A DNA stretch of 64,000 nucleotides from Mesotaenium endlicherianum. Taxonomy: Eukaryota. Below are positions 26,403 through 60,787 of the stretch, in pieces; within the stretch, counting starts at the first letter, position 1, and each line of letters begins with the position of its first letter. Under the pieces are notes generated by a model that had not been told where the DNA came from, searched no databases, and saw nothing but the letters and a program-made list of their open reading frames with translations. Both the position numbers and the translations under genes were made by a program. Where the stretch lies: positions 22,523-86,522 of the forward strand of contig WELA01001462.1 in NCBI GenBank assembly GCA_009602735.1, read 5' to 3'.

Positions 26403-26430
26403 TTTCACGTTTTCACGTTTTCACGTTTTC
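26403..26430 (+). terminator. Tandem T-runs, (TTTTCACG)n, likely RNA Pol III terminators of the tRNA
   Basis: tttcacg-ttttcacg-ttttcacg-ttttc begins about 12 nt after the tRNA 3' end. Confidence 0.55.
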
Positions 26431-26661
26431 GTGCCGCATATGTGCGCGCAATGACAGCCTTCCATGCAGTGATCAATAGACTGTATATATATACATAGCA
26501 ATACATAGATAGCATCAATAACGAGACCCTAATGCTATTAAAAACACAAATCCTTGAAGATGAGATGTGGAATCACATTTGTGAACGGTTCGATTGTGTT
26601 AGATGCGTCATCGGACAGTTGGCAGCCCCCCAGTCTGAGTGACGGTGTCAGACACCGCTTT

Positions 26662-27211
26662 TACGGATGTCGTGACCACGAGGGCTTGATGCCGGGAAAG
26701 ATTGCTGGAAAATGCTGTGAATGGTAAGGAAAATTTTAGAGCGATTGAGAAAGGCCTATATAAGTTAGAGATCACCCAAAATATATTTTAGTTCTACAGC
26801 AAATCGTGCCGCCTCAGAAAGGCGACCATGTCTAAACGGCATGTATAAAGAGCTTTGAAATGGTCTGAAACGTTTCGGCACGTCTCGACTTTTCGCAGAT
26901 TGTCCTGGGGCCTCTGGCTGGTCAGTTTTGGCAAGTTTTGGCGCTTCATCCGTGTATTGTTTTTGTTTGCGTGTGCTGGTGATTGGTCACGCGAGTCACA
27001 GCAGCTCACGGCACTATAACGCAAGATTTCGGCTGCAATGGACCATTCGGGAGTCGGTCGGGACTCGGGAGTTGTGACTCGGGGGGCCACGCCTTGGATC
27101 GTCTTGGCTCGCCTTGGATCGCCGTGGATCGCCTTTAGGCAGTATGGCCTGCTCAGTGTCGTGGCCCACTTTTGGTCACTAATAAATGTTGGTCACCTCA
27201 CGACAACCCTG
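26662..27211. mobile_element. Possible non-autonomous DNA transposon remnant
   Basis: Imperfect terminal inverted repeats (TACGGATGTCGTGA versus reverse complement CAGGGTTGTCGTGA, 11/14) and a subterminal 10-bp tandem repeat. No target-site duplication seen. Confidence 0.3.
27091..27140. repeat. Five-copy degenerate 10-bp tandem repeat, GCCTTGGATC
   Basis: gccttggatc gtcttggctc gccttggatc gccgtggatc gcctttaggc. Confidence 0.85.
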
Positions 27212-27875
27212 TGTCGATAGCAAGCGGTGTGAGAACCTCGAGCACTTCTGACTTTGGTTATTAGCGCCCAATAGGCATCTGCCATCGATAGTTTGGGGCT
27301 GGTTGGTGTGGGTTGGTGCGCTCAATAGCGCTGAACATTCGTTGTCATCTCATATGATGCAAAAAAAGGTACCGCCTCTGCCAGCCTCCAGGGTTGTGCT
27401 TGGTTCAGGCAACGCAACGCTACATGCAACGCTACTACTGAGGGGTTTCGTGTCGTCGTGATATGATCAGATACGAAAGACTTACACGTGGTGAACCAGT
27501 TTGAACAAGTACAGAGTAGAAGTGGTTGTAGAGCAGCTTGTGCTTGAAAATTCTTGCTGCTTGTGACACTCAATATTGCGTCATGGGTTACTTTTCAACC
27601 ACGATGGACTCGTGATGTCATCGATTTCAGCATTGTCGTACTATAGGCTTTAGCATGCGGCCTAGCACCTGTGCAGTGTAGCCGAATGTAGCAGCTCCCT
27701 TATGCATGTCTCCAGGCCCGTCACCCAAAACATATAAGACATTTTCGCTGAACTTTTCTGTATGCGTGGTTTCGAGGGGTGGTTCACGGTTCTCGGCGGT
27801 GCTTCAAGAGCTAATCGTAGGCCTGCTCAGGTATCAGAGGATGTAGTTTTTTCGTACTCTCTTTTAGGCGGCACC

Positions 27876-43050
<15,175 letters not shown>

Positions 43051-45225
43051 CCTGAACAAGCCCTCTCTTATCTCTTCGATGTTTCTTATAATTGCTATTG
43101 CTGCAAGGTAAGTGCTACATTCTCTCCTAGCAAGCCACGCAAGAGAGTGAGGCAGATTTTTCTGCTCATTCCGCTCCATGGGTCCATTGTCTGAAGGTAA
43201 TAAGCGATGCAAAATTATGGTGCGGATCTGCTTTTAGATGGGTACTGTTGCACTAAATTACACTCCCTGAGCTTGTCTATGAAGCTTCGATTGGTAGGCT
43301 ATGTAAGACTAAGTTGTCATTTTGCTCCAATAAGAGAAGTCCACATGAGGTATTGGATGTGGATTGGATAATTGTTCAAATTAAGTCAAGAAGGGGCAAC
43401 TGCCATAGTGCATGGTGGGTGAAATTGCCGTATTTATTGATCAAGTTGCAAGGTACAGAAGGCAGGGAGGGGACTGATTGTAGGGGGATGAGGCAACACG
43501 GTAAGTCACGTAGGTCCATCAGACAGGAAAATATGGTATTATTTGTCGAACATGCATGGTGATTTTTTGCCTTGCCTAAGCTTCATGAATGTGCTTCTAA
43601 AATGGATATATACACGATATGAATGAACAAGAGAAGCACACATTCACAATATAGGTACCATATGACCACATACCACTACACCATCGTTCTCGTTGACATG
43701 ATATGAGCAACCTTATGCATCAGTCGAGAGTAATATAGGTGAAAATTTATGTATATCTTTATCTCTTCATACCTTCGGACAGGAGAGGTGCCAATGGACT
43801 TAAATGCTTTGGCTTATGATCAATTATTCTCAATTGTTCTCAAGAAGTTAATACTGAACATTACTTGTAAATGATGTGTCATTTGTGTGATTCTCATGAG
43901 CAATACATCATTTATCTGCTAGGTTGTCGAAGGTGTGATATGTTGGTGAATATTTTTGCAACATCTAGCTGGTTCCGCGAAGTTGCGCCCACGCTGAAGA
44001 TTTTATATGCTCATAATAAGCATAATTATAAGTTTACCTTCCCTCCTTGGTGTGTATCCTGTAGCAACTTGTAGAAACAAACGAATATTCTAGACACATG
44101 CCATGCTTAATACTTGCGAATCCTGGTTGCGTCTTCTGGATTGATTGTTCTGCAGCTATAACGTATCTTTGTTGCCTCGCTCTCTTTCTTTCTAGCAACA
44201 TCGTGTTCAATAATCTATGTTGCACGGCCTTTCACAATTCATTCACGAAATAATTATTGCACTTATAGTACCGAGATTGATGTAGGTACTGCAGTACGTG
44301 ATTCTTCCACGTTTTTAACGTCATGTCGGTGAAGGTTGAATGCATACCATCCTTTCGTGTGCTATACTTTGTGGTAATCTCATCAAAAGTTCCTTCATGT
44401 AAGCAGGAATTGTAATGCATCACATCAAGTGATAACAAAATTTGACTTTTATCTGCTACAATTTGCAAGTTAATTAAAGGGAGGGGCCAACGGCTAGCTA
44501 TAGGCGGGTCTGTGGCAGCCTGGGGGCAGCGCAGCTCTAATGTCAACTCGTTAATGTTCCCGGCCATGGACGACTACGAGGCGGACGGGGAGACGTTCAG
44601 CAGCTAGAGCATTTTACATAATAAACGTGAAATGGTGGGCTGTATGGGTATCATGGATCGAGTGGGCTGGGTGCAAGGTGACCACGTGCAATCAGGCCGA
44701 TTCCGAATCGGCCAACATTGGCTGACGGCCGGATGCAAAAAGTCTCTGAAAAGGCCCAAGAAGTAGGAGCTTACATGAAAAAGTGACGGGAAAAAGCATG
44801 AGAAAAGTGTGAAAAGTGGAAAAAGGTGGCCAGGTAAGCTGGAGTAAGAAAGGAGGCAAAGGGTACGGCCCATTGCTGCCATCCTTTGCCATCAGCCTTC
44901 AGCTGCCATGCATACGCATGTCCGAGATGATTGGTCGCACCGACTACAGTTGGATATTTATTGAAACGTGAGAAAGTGGAGGCCAGCATTATGCATGCGT
45001 CGAGGGCAGATTGAGGGCCATCAAGGGAAATGGATGGTGGTGACTGAGGGCAATTTTGGTGTGAACTTTGAAGCATGGTGTTCAACTTTTCAGCAGATAG
45101 TTCGGAGTTTGGAAGCTTGGATGTTTCTTACTGAACTGCTTGCTTATTTATGCTCTGAAATGGAGTAGAGAAAGAGCCCAAGCGCAGAAAGGTTGCACTT
45201 AGCGTATCTGTCGTGATAGTTTGTT

Positions 45226-48200
45226 ATGGGAGCTTTTGTTATCCCTAGTGCTGTAATTGTGCCCATCTATTGTCCGCAGAGTCGAAATTGTTTTCTATCG
45301 CCAGGCACACTAAGTCTGAAGAGCGAGAAAAGTTCCTTGCATCTTCTTAAATTTCCGAAGCCGTATAAAAGATCATACTGCAGGCGGCCGGTTTTACAAT
45401 GCAAGAGAAAGGTCGAGCATAAGGGGACGCTCAACGCAACTGCTGGTAGAGACTTCAGCTATGAACTGCATGATTCCACATTTGAGTCAGAAAGTAGATC
45501 GACAGAAGTTGGTAAGCTTGCAGGAATTCAGCACAGAGTCAGGCCAGCTTTGTTTTCAGAGGTACATGGATCAGACATTCCCCATGCTAGCCACAATTAC
45601 GTTGCAAGAACGGCCGCCAGAGTAAAACAGCAAGAATTGGCAACCTGCCCGTCTCAAGCGACGCTGGGAAGCCCTGCTAAGAAGGTTCCTATCAGCAATA
45701 ATATATGGCATCACCTGGGTCTGTCTGTACAGCCGGTAATTAGTCACCAGCACCTTCCAGACAACTGCCTACATGCAGCTGCCGACAAGTTGTGACGGTT
45801 TTATGTGTCTGGAGGCCACATCAAGCTGCAACACTGCTCATTGGATGTTGAGGAAAAATAATCACTAATGCATCAGGTCTTTGGCAATAGTGGAGCTCAG
45901 TAGTTTAACTCTTCTTGCGGTAATGATTAGGAGGCATTAAGTAGCCATCTAGGACGAGTATGTGCTGCCCTGGGAGGGTGTGCATCAATGCACTAGGAGC
46001 ATGCCCGCTGGCACGTCACACTCTTTGGGGCAAAGTTGGTGGCTCATCGCCACCACACATGTGCTAGACCTTTGTTTACATCGCCTCCTTCGTGGTGTCC
46101 TCCTTTGGCTTATATTCTGAAATTCTGACTCCTTCCCTTCTCACAAACACATGGTCGGTGAAAGAGAACAAACAAGCGACACTCGTTCTCTCCTCCTGTC
46201 CTTCACACTCTTGCCCCAACAGCCGCCCAGAGTTGCCACCTGAACATCTAGAAGAAGCTGTCTATCTTACTTTTTTCTAATGCAATTCCAAGCCTCCCCC
46301 TCACTTCTCATGTCCTTACACCTTTTTGGAGCCCTCCCCGTCGACGCTTGCCACTGCAGCCAGCGGCACAGCTCAACCCGGGGGCCGGGGCTGCCGAGTC
46401 GCTCAGCAGGAAGTCCGCCACATGGCTTCTCAACATCGTGGCGATCGGATACGCGGCCACAGCCGTGGCAGTGAAGGCCATGGAGGACTCTGCCAGCGTC
46501 AGCAGTGCCAGCCTGGAAGCCGCCGTCTCGTCCCCCGCGTGCGCCGCCAGCGTGCAGTTTGCGCTTCGCTTCTGCCTTGCCGCCGCTCTCTTCGCGCCCT
46601 CCGCTCTCTTTCTCCAGTAAGCTTCCCTTCCTCTCTCTCTCCCCTTGCCTCTTTCCTCTACTTTCGCTCCCTTTCTCGCCCTGTTTGCCTGCACTGCAGG
46701 CTAGGGCGCAGCTGTCTGCCTGTGCTCCTTGGAATCCACTGGAGATGTACATGGCACGCACGTGCCCACCCAATCGGGAGGGAGGGGCTTTGTTCGTCCG
46801 CGACGCACCAGACTCTCGAGCGATAGCAGGGGTGCGGTGGATGCGGCATCACACATGCCTGACTTCGTTGTGTTCTGCGATAGAAGTTCCGGCACGTGGA
46901 TGGCCCCTTCTTGCTTTGCTCTCATAGCGCCTGATGATGTTGCCTCTGTTACGACGTCTTGCTCCTTTTCCTCCTCCTCCTCCTCCTTTTCCTCTTGTGA
47001 TTGCTGCAGGCGAGGGCAACGGGATGCCGCCAGTCTAGAATCGACACTGGGCTCCGCAACAGCGCCATCGAGTGACGGGGGCGAGCCGGGGGCTGCCAGG
47101 TGGCACGGCGTGGAGCTGGGCGTGTGGATGTTTGTCACGTACGCGGGGCAGGCGGTGGGGCTGCAGACGAGCTCCGCGCACCACGCGGCCACGCTGCTCT
47201 CGCTCTCCGTGCGTGCACCCTCCCTCCTCTCTCAACTGGCAGTCCTGCACGCGCACTCCTCCTGTCTGATGTGGTCTCTTGGCTCCCCGGCTCCCCTGCC
47301 TGCAGGCCTTTTGAGGCTGGCCTGTGAGCTTCAGAGAGAGTGGGAAGGAGGGCATGCAGGGAGGTGCTGGCGCTGCTCCGCACCCGTGCTTGCCTGACCC
47401 CTTCATCGTCATCATCATTGACAGAAGCGCGGGCGTGGGTGGGTTGGCGGTGGGCGTGGCAGATAGTGCTGGTGCCGCTGCTGGAAGCCGCCGTGGGCCG
47501 CGCGGCGGCGGGGCCCCGCTCGCCGTCCGTGTGGATCGCCACGCTGCTCGCCACTGCCGGTGAGACTGGAACCCCACCCCCATGCCACGCCATGCCATGC
47601 TGGCAGCAGGCGCGCAGGAGTGCCCCTCCCCTTTGCTCCCCCTCCCTCCTCCCCCCTCCCCCGCTCCCAGCCTTGCTTGCTGGGTGAGGGCCGTGTGCCG
47701 CGGCCCGTGCGTGGTCACTGGTGTGGCCGAGGGAGGAAGGCTACCAAGGGGCTGTGGGGCTGAGCCCCTGGTGAGCTCGATCAGGCTGGTGGGCGCTGCC
47801 GCAGGCCCTGGCCTGGCCTTGCTGTGCTGGCTCTCTCCTCCGCTGTGCCCTCTCTTGACCAACGGACCGATTCATCCTGGCCGCGGGAGAAGGTCCATGG
47901 TGGGGTCTGCCCGTGTGGCAGTCTGCGTCGCTTGCCAAGTGCAGAGTTTCGTGCATGCCACTTATGGCTAGCCCTGCCCAGCGCTGCTAAGTGGAAAAGG
48001 ATGCTGCTTGCGTGCGTGTGTGTGTTGGGGCTTCGGGGGGTGCAGGCATGGTGCTGCTGGAGGGAGGCGCTGGGGCAGACGCGGAGGCACTCGTGAGCAG
48101 CAGCAGCTGCGTGTGGGGGTGGGGGGCGATGGCCATGCCGGTGGGCCACGTGTGGTGCATAGTGGGCGCTGCCGCCTCCGCCATTCACGTGGTGCGCGCG

Positions 48201-50724
48201 CGTCTCTCCCCCTCGCCCGACGCTCTGTTGTGCTCCGCCGCCCTCCTCGTCCGCCTGTCCTTCTCTCTATGTAACGCCATTCTCCTCCACCTCCAGGGGA
48301 TGTGGAGAACGTGGCTGACCGGAGATTTTGGAACCGTGCTGGGGGTGTGGCTGTCTGTCTCTCTCTCTCTCTCGCTTGTGGGCGGTGGGCGGGCGGCAAG
48401 CAGGTGCGATCGGAGATGCTCTGCGGCGCCTCGCGGCCGCTTGCTCTCATCTCCAGCCAGCTGGCGACAGCCGCTGCGCTGTCCTGCGGGTGGGTGGCGT
48501 GGGACGTGGTGGCGGGCGGTGTGGATGCCGCCTCCCTCTGGGCGACGGCCGCAGCTGCCGCACCCTTCTCCTCCTCCGCGGCCGCCTCCTCCTCGTGGCT
48601 CCTGCTGTTCCTCATTGGCCCCGTCGGAACAGGTGCGTGCCGCTGCGCCGTTGGCTGCTTCGCTNGGTGAGCTCGATCAGGCTGGTGGGCGCTGCCGCAG
48701 GCCCTGGCCTGGCCTTGCTGTGCTGGCTCTCTCCTCCGCTGTGCCCTCTCTTGACCAACGGACCGATTCATCCTGGCCGCGGGAGAAGGTCCATGGTGGG
48801 GTCTGCCCGTGTGGCAGTCTGCGTCGCTTGCCAAGTGCAGAGTTTCGTGCATGCCACTTATGGCTAGCCCTGCCCAGCGCTGCTAAGTGGAAAAGGATGC
48901 TGCTTGCGTGCGTGTGTGTGTTGGGGCTTCGGGGGGTGCAGGCATGGTGCTGCTGGAGGGAGGCGCTGGGGCAGACGCGGAGGCACTCGTGAGCAGCAGC
49001 AGCTGCGTGTGGGGGTGGGGGGCGATGGCCATGCCGGTGGGCCACGTGTGGTGCATAGTGGGCGCTGCCGCCTCCGCCATTCACGTGGTGCGCGCGCGTC
49101 TCTCCCCCTCGCCCGACGCTCTGTTGTGCTCCGCCGCCCTCCTCGTCCGCCTGTCCTTCTCTCTATGTAACGCCATTCTCCTCCACCTCCAGGGGATGTG
49201 GAGAACGTGGCTGACCGGAGATTTTGGAACCGTGCTGGGGGTGTGGCTGTCTGTCTCTCTCTCTCTCTCGCTTGTGGGCGGTGGGCGGGCGGCAAGCAGG
49301 TGCGATCGGAGATGCTCTGCGGCGCCTCGCGGCCGCTTGCTCTCATCTCCAGCCAGCTGGCGACAGCCGCTGCGCTGTCCTGCGGGTGGGTGGCGTGGGA
49401 CGTGGTGGCGGGCGGTGTGGATGCCGCCTCCCTCTGGGCGACGGCCGCAGCTGCCGCACCCTTCTCCTCCTCCGCGGCCGCCTCCTCCTCGTGGCTCCTG
49501 CTGTTCCTCATTGGCCCCGTCGGAACAGGTGCGTGCCGCTGCGCCGTTGGCTGCTTCGCTCATACCCATAACCTTCCCTTTTTTTCTTGGTGCATAGTTG
49601 AATTCGCACGGCAGGCAAGGGCAGGGACAAGGGCGCAGCGTGCAAGGACGGGGAGGGGGTGGTTGGGTGCGGGGGGAGGAGAGGAGGGAAACTGACTGTA
49701 AAGTCTGCAGGCGCTACTCACCCATTTTCACGCAGCTAGTTTTATTTGTGTGTGGCTACTCCTGCTGGCAGCTGGCCGTCAGCCTGCGGATGGAGCAGGT
49801 CCAGGCACGCATGTGCTCGCATATGAGGATGTATCATGTATGTTTACATGTATGTGCATGCACAAGACTTTGCGCGCGCACTCACATAGACTCTCAATAA
49901 GGAGCTCACTTTTCCACTGTGACCAGGCTGCAGTCTCTCGGATGGAAGAACGACGCGGGAGTTGCTCCTCTCATCCCGCATCATCCCGCATCATGTGCTT
50001 AAAGGAGAAAGATGGAGAGGGGGGGCACAGCTCTAGCAGTCATCTGGGGATTGAAGCGACGACAATGTGGTTGCGATGGTGGTGGTGGGGGGGGGGGGCA
50101 GGGCTGTGCGAGTGGCTGGAGCTGGAGGCGCTGAGGAGCGTCAAGGCCAGCACCGCCACGCTCATCCTCACCGCCGCGCCCCTCTGGGCCACACTCCTCG
50201 CCTACCTGTTCCTGGGAGAGTCCGTCGACAGCTCCTTCGCGGCTGGCGCCGTCCTCATTCTGTTTGCCTGCCTGGAGGCTCAGTTGCTGCACGGACACGG
50301 AGAAGAGGGGGAAGAGTCTCCTCATGCCACCCGTGACGAGGCCCAAGGCGATAGTGGACTGCAGCTGTCTTCTTGCCAGGTGGCGGTGGAGCATAGGCCC
50401 CGCGTCGCCGCACTGCTCCACGCTGGCTCCCGCATGCTGCAGCGCAGCAAAGGCTTTGGCCGAGAAGCTGCTCGCGGTTGGTCAGAGGATGCTCGTGCGA
50501 TTACCGCGCTCATTCGCACTTCTTGGAGCGCCCGGCATGTCGCAAGGGGCCTCCAGCCATTGGCGGAGGAGAACAAGTTGGCAGAAAGCCAACACAGAGC
50601 GGGCGGGGGCCTTGGTTCTGGGCGTGAAGACGGGAGGTTCGGAGGGCGATTGCGCAAAGTCCCCTCTGCTCTAACGCAAGCCTTCAGAGAGGTTCGTAAC
50701 AAGGGCAGTGATCTACAAAGATGA
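45226..50724 (+). CDS. EamA/DMT-family transporter with a probable plastid transit peptide
   Basis: Exons at about 45226-45684, 46360-46616, 47010-47208, 47463-47559, 48046-48191, 48404-48632 and 50102-50724. Motifs: QFALRFCLAA, GVELGVWMFVTYAGQAVGLQTSSA, IVLVPLLE, ALRSVKASTATLILTAAPLWATLLAYLFLGE. The N-terminus is S/K/R-rich. Exons 5-6 appear twice because of the 895-bp duplicate. Confidence 0.85.
47770..49560. repeat. Apparently identical 895-bp direct duplication (47770-48664 and 48666-49560) separated by one N; probable unmerged contig overlap
   Basis: Both copies start ggtgagctcgatcagg and end ggctgcttcgct. The ORF track gives identical ORFs offset by 896 nt. Confidence 0.9.
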
Positions 50725-51953
50725 CACCCTGCAAGTGTTAGGGACTTTAGGTGGTTCTCATGTTGTCTTTTCTAAGTATCCAAAGTTGAATGCGCTACCT
50801 TAGTCTCCACCCACAAAACTGGGAGCTCTTTCCAGCTCCTGAAATAATTCAGCAAGTTGACGTCCGCATATTATTTGCAAAGATGGGCGCTCTGCTTGGA
50901 GAGGTCAAGCATCCTGTCACTTATTGTACATAAAATAGACTCAATAACCCCAACAGGTGCTCTAGTGTAGTTATGATTGCTAGTGCCTTCGTCTCCGGCA
51001 CCATCACTACAAATTGATTGTAGTTGTCTAGTTATCTTTTATCCCTTACCAAGGTAGATGAGCGCAATTGGATAGTGTGCAGCTTGTAATAGTGTCAAAA
51101 GTGTGTCCAGAAGGGTCGAGGTGAAGTACTCCACCGACAAGGTCAATATGACATATGAGAAAGCTTTCTGCTTTTTCATGCTTTGACAGGGATTTTTAGC
51201 ACTTGTACTCTATGCAAGACACCTTCCGCAGATGAGCAAGTGCACGGATTTGGCATCATCAAAACGCAGAAGGATTTTTCTGGATCCGTCATTTGCCTAT
51301 GTGCCAGCTGTTACACGTGATGCCAGATTTCTGCACGATATGCATGTACGTTGGGTCAAATACTTTCTGTAAGTCACTATTTTCATGCAAGACGTCAATT
51401 GTGTCACTGAAATCTGTAAAGTCAGCCCACTATGTGAGAGGGAGTTAGAAGCTCATGACTAAAGCTAGGACAGGCTTGCCTGTTTCTCTTCAATTGCCAA
51501 TCAGCTGGACTTTTTGGTAGCAGATTCGTGTGACGCTTTTGTAAGATGTGCCACAAGAAGGAATCAAGACGTGCTGAGGTGCAAATTCCGAGTTTACTAG
51601 TAGCTGCAGCAATTACTGAGCTGGCAGGAATTGCAGGCTCTTCCTAAATGAAAATTATGCTCATGTGCATCACGTACTCGACTCTTCTCAGGTGAAAAGA
51701 CAGTGCTGCATCGAGCGCATACTCCATCGTATAGCTGTTCTAGCTGGCGAGGCAAACAGCCGCCACAGGTGAAGCCATTGTCAGAAATCATGGACGTCTA
51801 AAGGGCACATCTACCACAAAAAATATTTATCGCAAGTACAGGTGACTCCAATTTGTCACTCAGAGCACATTTTTAAGATTAGAAAATCACAAGAGGGAGC
51901 CTTCAGGCACCAAGGAGATGAGTGCATGACTTCATCTCCTTTTGCTACCGTTC

Positions 51954-59986
<8,033 letters not shown>

Positions 59987-60787
59987 TACTCCCTATGCAG
60001 CTCCCGCTGCTTCTCTCTAATATGCACGTTAGAATACACGCCCTTTTTTATTCCTTTCTAACACTTAAAATACTTGGTGATACTCCGCTTCTTATAGAGC
60101 AATGACTCGGAGATCATTTGCGCACATTAAGCCCTAGCTTGTTGTGCAATTGCTATTTGCGCGACCATGAGAAGAGTGTACGTATAGGAGGTGTCACGAT
60201 GAGACCCGAAGTCAATGTGACCCCCTCGTGGAATCTATATGACTTTTGTTACTGTTGCATAAACTGGCACAAAGTGAAACGAGCCTGACTCAATTCTGGT
60301 CTATCGCGTGCGACTCTCGGATCACTACATATATTGCTTGGTCTTCAATAAGCTGCATTGCCCCAGATGTGAGAGCGGGTTTTCTTGCAAATTACTTCTC
60401 CATGGGAGATTTATATTTATGAATTCATTAGTGCCTGGGCAGGGACCTAGCCCCTTTGACTGGCATTTGTGCGAAAGTGGCAGGGTGACGCTCTCGGTAG
60501 CAGGAGTCAAGTGGGGATTGATTAGACGAGAATATGTGGATATCTCTGTCCGGGTAATGGTATAGAGTTTGATGGCATGCTCGTCTGGTGCATCTAATGG
60601 ATGGTCTACGAGTGGATGCTACTGTCCGTGGATAAGCAGCTGATCTGCTTCCTTTCACCCAAGGACTAGGAAAACTACTTCCTTACCACTTCAATATGAC
60701 AAAATGTTCATGTATCTCATGTCTCAGCATTACTTCGCTCACTCACCTCAAGTAACTAGTTGCAGGGGCAGCTTGGTCAAGCAAAGG
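59987..60787. promoter_or_regulatory. Candidate bidirectional promoter between the GH1 and sirtuin genes
   Basis: Divergent start codons about 800 bp apart. Confidence 0.5.

Noticed and set aside
27091..27140. CRISPR-like array
   Set aside because: Short tandem units without spacers, no cas genes, eukaryotic context.
47770..49560. Second apparent exon duplication, in the EamA gene
   Set aside because: The copies look identical including introns and are joined by a single N, typical of an unmerged contig overlap. Read depth or long reads would confirm.
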